This document shows positions 1 to 11,150 of a stretch of DNA of 63,022 bases, in pieces. Every line of letters starts with the position of its first letter. The stretch's first letter is position 1. The notes under the pieces are model-generated. The model worked only from the letters and a program-made list of their open reading frames with translations, was not told the origin of the DNA and made no database searches. Both the position numbers and the translations under genes were made by a program. Origin of the DNA: Nemertoderma westbladi (taxonomy: Eukaryota; Animalia; Xenacoelomorpha); NCBI GenBank assembly GCA_032718475.1, contig JAUCBJ010000245.1, positions 1 through 63,022 on the forward strand, read 5' to 3'.

Positions 1-94
1 AGTGTTTAATGACCATCTGACACCAACAGTATTGATTCGCGTCGTTGCCTTGCCTTCAACCAATCGTTGCTTATCACCTACGCGTAGCCTAACC
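1..94 (+). repeat. Polinton left terminal inverted repeat
   Basis: Reverse complement of 40334-40428 with only a few mismatches or indels. Confidence 0.95.
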
Positions 95-1057
95 TCAATC
101 GACCGACCGACCGACCGACCGACCGACTGAATGCTGTTGACACTACTAACGACGACGTGGCCATCTACACGCACCACCACACATATACCCCACCCAATAG
201 TATATCGATTGCCAACTCAACGATTTACCCACCGCTAGCTAGTGCTACTCTTCGACGGCCGTCGCCAAACCAACCAACCAACCAGCCTACCAGTCCAGCA
301 GTATGATACATGAAATTCCGCCACGTTCCAGCTACACGTATACGAACATTTCCATAGTTAGTCAACCTAACCGATCCCACAGCATCTGTGCCATATTGAA
401 AGGCTACCACTAACATTATACTGTGCGTTTTTATTATAATAATTATTGATTATTACACACAACCCTATGATTCATATTCTTTCACGTATTTCCTATCCAC
501 GTAACCAACCAACCATTCATCCACGTTGCACCCCATCTCTTTTCTTATTCGTCGATGATTATGACATGTCTCATCTCTTCTTCGTTGACTATGCCACATC
601 GCAAATTTATATATAACTGAATGTTTTTAATAAAATTCATCACTTGTAATCTTCATGGTAATATATTGATACCATATCTAATTTTTTTTTTGTTCTCACT
701 CTGAAATTGTGTTATTTCCTTAATAATTTCTTCATTATCTTACTCGTTGTATATTCGTTAGTCGGAAACACTCAAATAAATGATACTGTTTCCCACATTG
801 GGTTTCTAAACGTAATTATTTAACTCACAGGAAATCGCATTTTCAAGAATATTATTATTATTGTTTACAATTTTCTTCACATGAAGATTTCATGTGACAA
901 TTAAAACAATTATATTCTTGAAAATGTGATTTCAAGTGAGTTAAATAATTTCGTTTAACACAATTTTAGAGTGAGAACTATGGTGTCAATTTATTACAGC
1001 GATACGGTTTAAAATTTATCACTTGTAATATTTTTCGTATTTATTATTATTATTATT

Positions 1058-2122
1058 ATGGCCTTAACGCAAAAAACCGGAGCAGCAAATAGCTGGAAAT
1101 TTACTTACAATAAATATACTTGTACCGTCGTTCACAGCAAGTATTTTATTGTGGAATCTCAGGAGGACAACGAATCAATTTGTTTTTCCCATCAAGATAC
1201 CCGCTATTTGTTAGACATTCTAGAAACAACCAACAACAACCAACATCAATCCAGACCAGCAATTATACCAGGTAGGATATATCCAACTCTTCGTTTTGCG
1301 CGGGGAAATTTGAATATTTCCATCAACCCCACATCGGGTGATGTTTACGTTCAGAAACAAGGCAAATGTAAAGTTCTCAACAAAGCTTTTACTGAAGTTC
1401 TAATTCAATACAGAGGGAAATTATTGCAATTTCTCTCTCCACCGCTAGAGATTATTAGCGATCAATTCTACATTGAATTATCAAATCCAGAGTTTATTGG
1501 ATTTGTAACAGCTTTTAAAGGAACCAACTATGTTGGCTTATGGAAAATCAGCCTCAGATACGCTGATAGTGTTGGTTTTAACTATTATACGGGTTTCAAT
1601 TTGTCAAAACAGGAACTAACCGTTTTGTTGCGAGAGTGGGACAACCAAGTCGATGAAACAGACAAGCATCTTTTTGATAAAAATATCATTCAATTATCAG
1701 ACCGGCTCAAAATGATTAAAACCAATAATAAAAAAATTATTATCACCAACACCGATAATTCTACTGAAGTAGGTGCCGGCGGAAATTCTATTGAGTTGCA
1801 TTACTTGAATGATAAAGCCCATATTAGTTTTCTCAAAGAATCGATGGATGGCGTTTCTCTTACTGAAGCCCATGTTGACGGTTTTGTCCTTTTGGATAAA
1901 CCTAAAGCATTCGTAGAGATCCCATCACCTAATCCGGATGTTGAAGAGAGTTGCTCTCAACCGCAACAGGTCTTTCCTGAAATATTACCTCGGAAGCCAA
2001 GATCATCGAGTAAATTTACCAACGCATCACCTGCAAAGAAACAGAAAGTTGTCAGTAACCCAGTTCTAGTAGAGCCTGTTACTAATTCTCCATGGAAACC
2101 AGATTATTATCCTAATATGTAA
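1058..2122 (+). CDS. Polinton ORF, 354 aa, with PC4-like ssDNA-binding/coactivator-like segment(s)
   Basis: Intact ORF. FVTAFKGTNYVGLW...TGFNLSKQELTVL resembles the PC4 core (VxxFKGxxxIDIR...KGISLxxEQWxxL). C-terminal PAKKQK is NLS-like. Confidence 0.5.
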   Translation: MALTQKTGAANSWKFTYNKYTCTVVHSKYFIVESQEDNESICFSHQDTRYLLDILETTNNNQHQSRPAIIPGRIYPTLRFARGNLNISINPTSGDVYVQKQGKCKVLNKAFTEVLIQYRGKLLQFLSPPLEIISDQFYIELSNPEFIGFVTAFKGTNYVGLWKISLRYADSVGFNYYTGFNLSKQELTVLLREWDNQVDETDKHLFDKNIIQLSDRLKMIKTNNKKIIITNTDNSTEVGAGGNSIELHYLNDKAHISFLKESMDGVSLTEAHVDGFVLLDKPKAFVEIPSPNPDVEESCSQPQQVFPEILPRKPRSSSKFTNASPAKKQKVVSNPVLVEPVTNSPWKPDYYPNM

Positions 2123-2318
2123 ACCTAATCATAAGTTAAACTCTTTGCGGTTTTCAATAGTCATAAGCGATTGGTGATTGGTGATTGGTTTAAAATTATT
2201 TCCCTCGCTAGCATATAAATGTTTAGATATAGTCAATATCATATCGTTTCATTTTATTTTAATCTTTGGACATATTTTATTATTATTATTATTATTATTT
2301 ATCTAAACAAACTTCAAC

Positions 2319-4139
2319 ATGGATAAAATAACAATATGTTGTTCATTCTGTCATATGAATGTAACTAGACATAATTATTTACGCCACCTACGCTCGCATT
2401 TTGAAAGTTATTCTTGTTTTAAGTGTCATGTCGTGACTTCATGCAGCGAAATTTGTAAACGACATGAATCAACTACTGGTTGTAAAGAAATGGAGTTCCG
2501 CACCTATCAATTGACTTGTTCTACCTGTAATAAAGAGTATACATATGAGAATTATATACGACACGATTGTCACTTGAAATGTTACTACACAAGAAAGCGT
2601 AAATTTCCGCAACATAAAAATATAATATCCAGAAAAAACTTAAGGGTGGCTCTTGGTACATGCGCAACAATTTTTACGCGGGAACAAGAAGCTCACGATA
2701 ATCGTCTTGAAATTTATGTCCACGACCTCCCAACTTCTAGAGATTATCCCGATGTAGAAACAGCATTAGCGCAAATTCGAGGTAATATTCTTCAGTTAAT
2801 ATTAGATAGATTGAAAGAAATGAATGTTCTTAGATTGTGGTTAGGTCTAAATGTATTAATGTACAGATCACATTTTTCAGAAGGTGAGCAATTGGAAACC
2901 TTTTATTTTAATTCTTCCGGTGGTGCTATTAATACTGTAGATTCATCGCAAAGTTTTGACACATGGTTTGAGTATGTGGTGGAAAATATATTACAAAAAA
3001 TAGCCATCTTTAACACACGTGGTTCGGGGTGGCGTATTAAATCTTTATTAAGGGTTGAAATTAAATTAGCTGAATCTAAGTGTAGGTCGTTACTATATAA
3101 GGGGCATGGATATATGGAATTACCTAAGGCTCTATCAGGTAAACAGTGTGTTATAAATGTACAATCGGCTGATAATGACTGTTTTAAATGGGCAATTATA
3201 TCTGCAAAATTTGGTAGCAAAGTGAAAAACAACAAACAGCGCACTTCGTCGTACAAAAATTATATGAGTCATTTCATTTTTGACAATGGGAAAAATGATT
3301 ATCCAACAGAGTGGCAGTTAGCGATTAAACTTTTTGAAAAACAAAATTCAAAATATATAATTAATTTACTATGTTGGAATAACGACAACAAACGCACCCC
3401 CGTATCTATATTAAGACAACCTCCGTTTAGTAAAATTACACCCGATAAACAGTTATTAAATATATTACTTGTAGTAAAAAATAACAATGTACCTAAACTG
3501 AATCATTATGTTTGCATAACTAACCTGAATCGATTGCTGAATACGAGAGCTCTTCATATCGGGAATAGGAAATATTGCGAAAGGTGTTTGGCTCATTTTT
3601 TTCGTGCGGAAGTTCTTCATCGACACCGTCTCGCCTGCTACCAAGGAAGAAGTCAGCGAGAGACACTACCTAATAAAAAAAGAACACACATTAGTTTTAC
3701 AAATTTAGATAGAACCTTAACCCCATTGTTTGTCACCTACTTTGATATAGAATGTATCTTACAACCGTCAGTTAATAATCAAATTATACAGGAGCATATA
3801 CCGTGTGCTGTGAGTTATTTAATTGTTCCCAATACTGAATTAATTGATGCTCCAAAATGTCATTTGAAAACATTCGTAAAGTCAAATAATAATAATAATA
3901 ATTGTATTCAAGATTTCTTAGATTCATTATATACTGATTTAACTGAATTATGTTGTTGGTCAGAAATATACACGCATAAAACTATTTCATTTACTAATAT
4001 TGATTTTGTAAATTTTGAACAAGCAAAATTTTGTTTTTATTGTAATGTTACTTTAAATAATAATGTAGGGAAAAACAGACATCATTCACATATTACAGGT
4101 AAATATATTGCGGCAGCCTGTAATAGTTGTAACCGAAGT
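2319..4139 (+). CDS. pPolB: Protein-primed family B DNA polymerase, N-terminal part (interrupted by the BEL insertion)
   Basis: N-terminal Zn-finger-like motifs, GSGW motif, DNDCFKWAI...HYVCI, CERC finger, ExoI YFDIEC, EndoVII-like CFYC...HHSHITGKYIAAACNSCN. Confidence 0.93.
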
Positions 4140-6004
4140 TATAGAATTATATTCTCTAAATGCCATGGATTTTCAAAATTTTATTTTATTTGAATTAACT
4201 TTGTTAAAAGATTACATTAAGTCCTCATTTGTATTTGCTATATCTATTTGTACGATGATTAGTCAAGTGGTTCAGTAGCTCAGTCGGTAGAGCGTTGGAA
4301 ATTATATGTAGTGTGTATTGAGTTCGAATCCTAGTAGGTGTGAATTATTTTTTGTGCAGAATTTCAACTCATTTAAATTGACCGCTACAAATTAATTGCA
4401 TTTGCTCGAAGTAAGGTTAACCAATGAGACTGTAGTTATTAGATTGTAACCAATGTCGTACGAGTTATATATTTGCTGGACCAATAGCTATCTTTAAAAA
4501 CCTGTTAGAACTCATAGAACAATCAAGAATTTTCTCGATTGATTGCGGCACAAATTTGGTATAAAAGGTGCGATTTTGTTCATTAGTTCACTACACACTT
4601 CAATCACTATTACTTCTGTTTATTGTATAATAGTTATTGTTTGATTTTGTAATAAAAGTTAGAAATACTTGTCACATCTGCCCTTTTCTATCTGTTTTAC
4701 TATGCTTCACCACGGTGAACCCAACTAAGGGACAGGATGGCTGGCTAAACATCGGGCCACAGCAATGAACGGGAACATCTAAGGAATGTACGCAGGAGAC
4801 AACCCGCAATATCACTCTTAGTTATTCGCCTGAAAGGATAGACAGCGTTCGATGCCTTGCTACCTAAGTATAAGACCAAAGATCGAAGGTAGAGGTAGTG
4901 ACACGCTGTACGCCTAAAATTACATCTAGGGACTGTACTGTTTTAATTCAGGAAAAAACCGCAGTAGACCTTCATATTCCTACGGGGGGAGAGCAGGCAG
5001 AGATACTAGTACGCAGATAGGACGTAGGCACACCGGTACAAGGCATACACATTGGTAGGGTGCAGCAAACTGTACGCCTAACTCTTGCTAAGTACAGGTG
5101 CGTCTGTGACTATTTGTAGTACAACGGTGTCCATTGCATTAGAACTTGTAGGCTAGGAGGGTTGCTGTGTTTCACCTGAATTAGGATTGTACCGTTCAGG
5201 CGGTAGGGCAGTTTACGACTAGGCGCAAATAAATTGAGGCTATTTAGGGATACTAACATCTACCGTGTCCCCGCCGACATCCTGATAGGAAGTTACCAAG
5301 CCCACCTAGGTAACCAAAATTCTAGATAGGACGCCAGGCTAGCTATTAGTAACCGTACGCCTACTGTAGTAAACTAACATATTTCTTCTTAGTATTAGGG
5401 ACCTGGTAAATTAAAATTGCCGAATTCTGGGCGTAGTATTAACCTTATGCCTGAATTTGAGTCCTGGAAATACGCAAGAGGGGAAGGAGCCTTATCATTC
5501 GTGAGTATTGGACCTACAAGTTACAAAATTAGAATATTCGTAAAATGCACACCGTACCCAGTAATTATATATATGAAGGAGCAAAACTGATTTTGACGGT
5601 TCAGAATTAACACACGCGCGTTAGAAATTATTTACACCTCAAAATATATAAAATTAACTTTTGTCCGTACTGCGCTTTGCCCGCTAGTTAGACATCTCCA
5701 GATCTCTGCACCTAGCTAGCGTCCTTTTCGCCCAACCATATAAATCACATCGCGGCAAAGTATACGAGCCCCTTAGTCCGTCAGTGAGTCAGCCTGATTT
5801 TAGGATTCGCTGCGCGGGATTTTGTTTTATCGAAGTTTGTCTGTTCGTAGACTGTTTTCTGCCTCACCGGTTATAAGGGACCGATACTGCAATATATATT
5901 CGCTTACTTGGAGTTTACTGTTTTGGTGAGAAGGTCGGATTTATGATTTGATTCACAAACTTTACAGTAAGATATTGCAGGTATTGTTACTGTCTCTTCG
6001 AATA
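4140..6004 (+). repeat. BEL 5' LTR (1865 bp)
   Basis: Direct repeat of 19476-21347. Contains CCAAT boxes (~4420-4485), TATAAAAG (~4560) and AATAAA (4651). Confidence 0.93.
4269..4342 (+). other. tRNA-derived Pol III promoter module (A and B boxes) inside the 5' LTR
   Basis: A box/D arm TAGCTCAGTCGGTAGAGC and B box/T loop GTTCGAATCC. Acceptor and anticodon arms are degenerate. A T-run follows. Confidence 0.7.
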
Positions 6005-7061
6005 GTAGGAATATGTTTTACTGAACTATGGTTCGGTAGGACTAAAGTTATTCGAAAAATTTGTATTTTGAGGTAAAAGTTTATATTTGATTAGCTAAGT
6101 GCTAATTTTTTGAAATAAAATTTGATTTGAACCGCGTGTAAAATATTTTGGAATTTAATACCGGTGTTTAAAAGGGTTTAAATACCATATTGTACCGGTA
6201 CAAAATTTTCGTAAAAAGTAAAACCAAACTCTTTTGTTTTTCAGGATTCAGAACTCATTTCTAGACTGTAACGGGAGCAAGACCGTGTTTAGCAAGTTTG
6301 GGAGATAGATAACTCAACAACCTTGGTTGGGAAAATCGCACTTCATCCACAACGCTGGAAACGGAAAGGTTCACGTCCGGTTTGTATCTGGGAATCTGTT
6401 TTTCTGGAGAATTATTGGAGTGGGTGAGTTCGAAAAGTTGCATAAATAAGTTAGGCATTACCGTATTAGTTAAAATTATTGTGGGTTCCACTGTCTCAAG
6501 TATTTATGCATTCCGTACGATTTCTTTGTTTATTGCTGAATTAGTCCGTAATTATTTGTATTTGATTTATATTTTGATAACGCATATCGTTATCCGATTT
6601 ATTTGTTATAAAATTGGCCGCTAGGCTAATTTTATTATATACTTATTCCGTGACATTTATTTGCTGTAAAATTGGCCGTTTAGGCTAATTTTATCCATCT
6701 GCTATAAAATCGGCCGGTAGGCTAATTTTATATGACTGTAATTAGTACCGTTTAAATATAAATACGGTAAATTTGATACTTTGACACTCATATTTTACTT
6801 GACTTACAACTACCGAAATGAGTGATAAACAAGACTATACGAAGAATACACCTACCGACTATTACTCATGTGACGCGGATAAGTCAGCAGCGGAAGAACT
6901 ACAAGGGAAGACTCGCGAGCCTACCGAACCTACACCGTGTGCGTCACCAGTACATCCAACGGGAGTACCGGATGCCGTAGTACGAGGCGAGGACCGAGGA
7001 CTGAGGACCGAGGACCGAGGACTTTCTAACTGTTCCGCAACCTAGATATAGGGAAACGGAC

Positions 7062-9975
7062 ATGGTAAGTTCAGTAGGAAGCCAGGAGAGTGTGGTTAGA
7101 AGCGTCGGAGGCTACATGGCGCATATTACCAGGAGTATTGGGGAAGGCCAACGCATATTAGGCGAGCTAACCGCTCCGATGTCTCGGTTTGAGTTCTACA
7201 CCCTCCAGGTTAGAGTACAAAGTAGAGTACATAAGTCCGTAGATAATCTAATTGGTCTACAAGATCTAGCTAGACAGAGACAGGACGTGGATACTCAACT
7301 TAGAATCCTCGAGAAACTAATGATCGCTAGAGAGAAACTGATTCAGTTTAAGTCGACGATTAGGCAGATACAACAGGAACAAGCGGACCAGTTGTTAGGT
7401 GAGTCAGTTTTGGACGAATTATTGCAGCCCGAGGAAGAACAGGAACTGTACCGACTGGATGGACAATTGAAACATCTGACGGACCACTTACGTATGTGCG
7501 GCGAAGACGTCGGCGATTTGGAAACCGTGCCGGAATATACGAGGGAAACTTCACCCGTACAAATCGAATCGGCACCGGGAATACTGGACCAAACGTTAGT
7601 GAGTATTCGCAGCGAAATTGGCGAGATAAGTATAGTGATGTCAGAAATTTCCAGACAGCAACAACAGCATTATAGACAACAACGGGAAGTTGAGGAACAA
7701 GCTCAACTGTTGACGGCACAAGCGGCGGTAGAAGAAGAAAAACTACGCGTTGCAAATGTTGCGAGAATCTCTCATCTGCAAGAACAAGCTGAGTTGGAAG
7801 CAGCCGAAATGGAAAGGCTAGAGTTGGACATTGCACAACAAGCGGCAGCGGCCGAGTTAGAGCGACAAGCGGCAGCAGCAGCGGCCGAGCTAGAGCGACA
7901 AAGGTTAGTTTCAGAAGCGAGAGCCGAGATGAAAAAACGGCAAATAAAGGCTCAATCAGCTATACGACAAGCGGAGTTCGAGGCGCAACAACAACAGACG
8001 GAACAACGCGAGAAAGAAGTTAAACTTCATTTCGAACTCGAGAAGAAGGCAAGAGAATTAGCCAACGCGAAGGAAGATCTGGATCTACAAGCCCGCGATC
8101 AATCGATGAGATCTCGAGATGGACACGATCTAGACCAGTTAGAGGTAAGGCACCGCCAAATTCAGGAACGAATGAAGGAAGGAAGTGTAGGGGCACCTGG
8201 GCGAGAAAGACAATTGGTTAAAGACTTATGTCAAAGATTCCCTCAAGTAACTCCTATGTTTGTACCGATTACGACTAAGGAACCTGTTTCGATTGCTGGT
8301 AGTAGTAATATTTCTCCTATCCATGGTGCGACGGAACACAGGTTTGTTATTCCGGACAAGTTTACACCGCCAAGAGCAACATCGTCGCCCATTCTGAAAG
8401 TCAAGGTAAGTAACCCACCGATTACAGATCGTAGTAGTTTGTTGACCGGACCTGCACTACTGACGACAAAACGGGTGAGTCCACCTTCGACACCAAAACT
8501 CGTTACGCACTACACGTACCCAATGACGTTTAGGCCTACAAAGCCTTTGGATTCAAACGCTGTCGTCCGACCACCGTTTAATCAGTTTACATCGCAATCT
8601 ACGACTTCGAGGAAGACTTATGAGCCTACCGAACAACGGAGACCAGTGGATACGCGACCGTTTAATCAGTTTACATCGCAATCTACGACTTCGAGGAAGA
8701 CTTGTGAGCCTACCGAACAACGGAGAACAGTGGACGATGTTCCAAAACGGAATGTTAGAATTCGAACGACACAACGGACGCGAGCACGTCAACCACCGTA
8801 TCCAGGTGATAGTAGTACTTCGAGTGAATCGGATTACCCGAAACGCGAGGTATTTAGAACAGGAGCGGCCGACGAATATAAACGTGAGCGTTCAGATAAC
8901 TCCTTTATCGATAATCCTCCACAAAATACACCAACACAGAAAGCGTTACAACCAACAGACGTGATTAGTACGCAACAATTCGCCGATCTAATGCGACCAG
9001 TTGTAGATAAGTTGGCCCAGATAGAGGAACGTTTAGAGGAAACTCAAACTGATAGTTCGCGAGGTAACGAGTTCGAACACTCTAGACACCCGAAGCAGCA
9101 AAGAAAACAACCCTCGAGAAACACCTCGTATCAAGGAAAAGCGCCAAGACGAGAGAACATCAATTCGATTGCCAACCAAGGACGCGAAACTTTGAACGTG
9201 GCCGAGGAGATAGCGAAATTCGCAGCGAGACAAGTTTTACCGGTGCAACAACCACCGAAGTTTTCAGGTAACTCGAAACATTGGCACACTTTTGTGGACT
9301 ACATCGAAACCCAAATAGCAGCGTGCGCCTTTACATCGAGGGAGAAATTCAACTACCTGCTACAAACGCTGACGGGAGAACCGAAACGTCTAGCGGAAAC
9401 CTTTGTCGGTGTACCAGATGCCTTCGAACTAGCGTATGATCGCTTAACTTCGATTTACGGAGGTACCGTGAGTATGGCTAAGTCAGTGATAGAAGAACTC
9501 TGTAAGGGGGGGGGCTATAACAAAACCCGTTGACTTACTGAAATTAGCTGACGAGATTAAGAACGCCATTACTACACTACGCTCGATTGGACAACTTGAC
9601 TACGCGAACACTCCGACAGTCCTATTAAAAATAATAGGAAGATTACACCTTCGACTTCGTCGGGAGTGGCGAAAGATAGAATATCAGCGAGAAGAGAGAG
9701 GCGGATTCTTGAAGTTGGAAGACGTCTACTTACTAATATCCAGAGAGGTAGTAGTCGAGACGCGTTCGAACTACACGGACCAACATATCGTGGCGGAAGG
9801 AATAACATTACCATCCTCGAACCGACAAAAACCCCAAACAACATCCACCAAGACGGTTACTTACGCCACATCGACCGACACCCGACAATTTTCAGACAGT
9901 AATAAGGTATCCGCACCAATTGGAACCAAACAGATCCGACAGCAACTGAGCACAGACTTTAACGGTTACCTAAAG
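7062..9975 (+). pseudogene. gag: BEL gag N-terminal/capsid region, frameshifted at G9 run 9506-9514 and interrupted at 9976
   Basis: Coiled-coil region followed by BEL gag motif PPKFSGNSKHWHTF...KFNYLLQTLTGEP...AYDRL. After the frameshift the reading continues into ORF 9709-9981. Confidence 0.88.
8574..8735 (+). repeat. 84-bp in-frame tandem duplication in gag
   Basis: PFNQFTSQSTTSRKT(Y/C)EPTEQRR occurs twice. Confidence 0.9.
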
Positions 9976-11150
9976 AGGTGAGGTCTCTATAGGGGTGACC
10001 GTAGCAGGCGGCGGCAGACTCGTGAGGGTCTGGGGGCACGTTAAATCAAGTCTAAGTGCAAGGGAGATACTGAAGGCCCTCGTGTCTAACGAACCATGAA
10101 TTGCCATGGTGCCGTGGTACCGTCTAGTCGGCCTGTTGCCGTACTGCCAGTCCTGTACACAGTAGGGGTGGTGGCGTGGCGTGATTTGTGGCTCATGTGG
10201 CGTGAACTATGTTTTGTATGTGGGCGATCAGTGGCAGTTTGCTTGGGGCTTGGATGGTTCCATTGACCGTCAGCTGTTCCGTTTTTTTGATACTATATGT
10301 TATTGTCTCCATGTTCAGCTGATTTGGTCTTTGGTGGCATTGGAATAAACCGTCGGGTCTTGAGTTTTCTGTTGCTGTGGGTACGTGAGTACACGTGATT
10401 GTATGTGTGGCCACTGCGAGTGGGTATGGGAACCCTTGCCAGTTGGACAAGACGCCGCTGGTATTAGTAGGACCATACTTTACTGCGCCCCAGCATACTT
10501 TGTGCACACAAAGTTATTTTACCCTGTCGGTAAAATAAAGTACTCTCGATTTGCCTCCGATCGATACAATTTGTCCCTTCTGATTTTGACCCCGATTTTG
10601 TCTTTACCCGATTATGTCCTCTGTGTGTGCATGGTATGTGTCAGATTTTGTGTTTACCGTAGTGTACTTGATTTCGTGAACATCTGTTGAGTACACATGT
10701 ACAGGACGGGTAAGTGGTTACTTGTTCCTAGCTTTCGAGCTAGTCAATATTGTTTGTGGAACTTACTTCCCCTCAATATTGCCGGCGAGGCAGGTGAAAA
10801 CGTGTCAAAATTCCAATGTTGGGTAGCGGAAGCCCGCTTGGGACAAGACCGTCGGTTAGGCCCAAGGGCGACCTTGGTGCTCGATCGCTATCGACTGGTC
10901 CACCTGCCGGTTGACTCTTTGTTATACTTTGAGTTGGCTCAATGTACAGTCAGGCCACAGTAAGTTGACAGTAGCCGCCCATCTGGCTACACGTTCGACG
11001 AGCTGTGCTGGTGTGATCGGGGGACCGAAAACAGAACTCGGGAAGCATCAGGCCACCCTCCGGCCCGGTCTGATAATAACATCTGTCGGACTGGCCCCAG
11101 GGGTGGTGGAAACACGTCCGCCTCATGGGTGCGCCTCGGGGAGGAGCCCA
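9976..11150. mobile_element. 1175-bp non-coding insertion in BEL gag, possibly a solo LTR
   Basis: 4-bp TSD AAAG at 9972-9975 and 11151-11154. Removal restores NGYLK-DESGQYCER in frame. Ends in CA and has internal AATAAA. Confidence 0.75.

Noticed and set aside
4140-4193. C-terminus of the 624-aa ORF as a real protein end
   Set aside because: It is read-through into the LTR. The true frame resumes at 21353.
4269-4342. Functional tRNA gene
   Set aside because: Acceptor and anticodon stems do not pair. Only the A and B boxes are retained.
9506-9514. Programmed frameshift at G9 in BEL gag
   Set aside because: It falls mid-domain in a homopolymer and BEL gag-pol is normally one ORF, so mutation or sequencing error is more likely.
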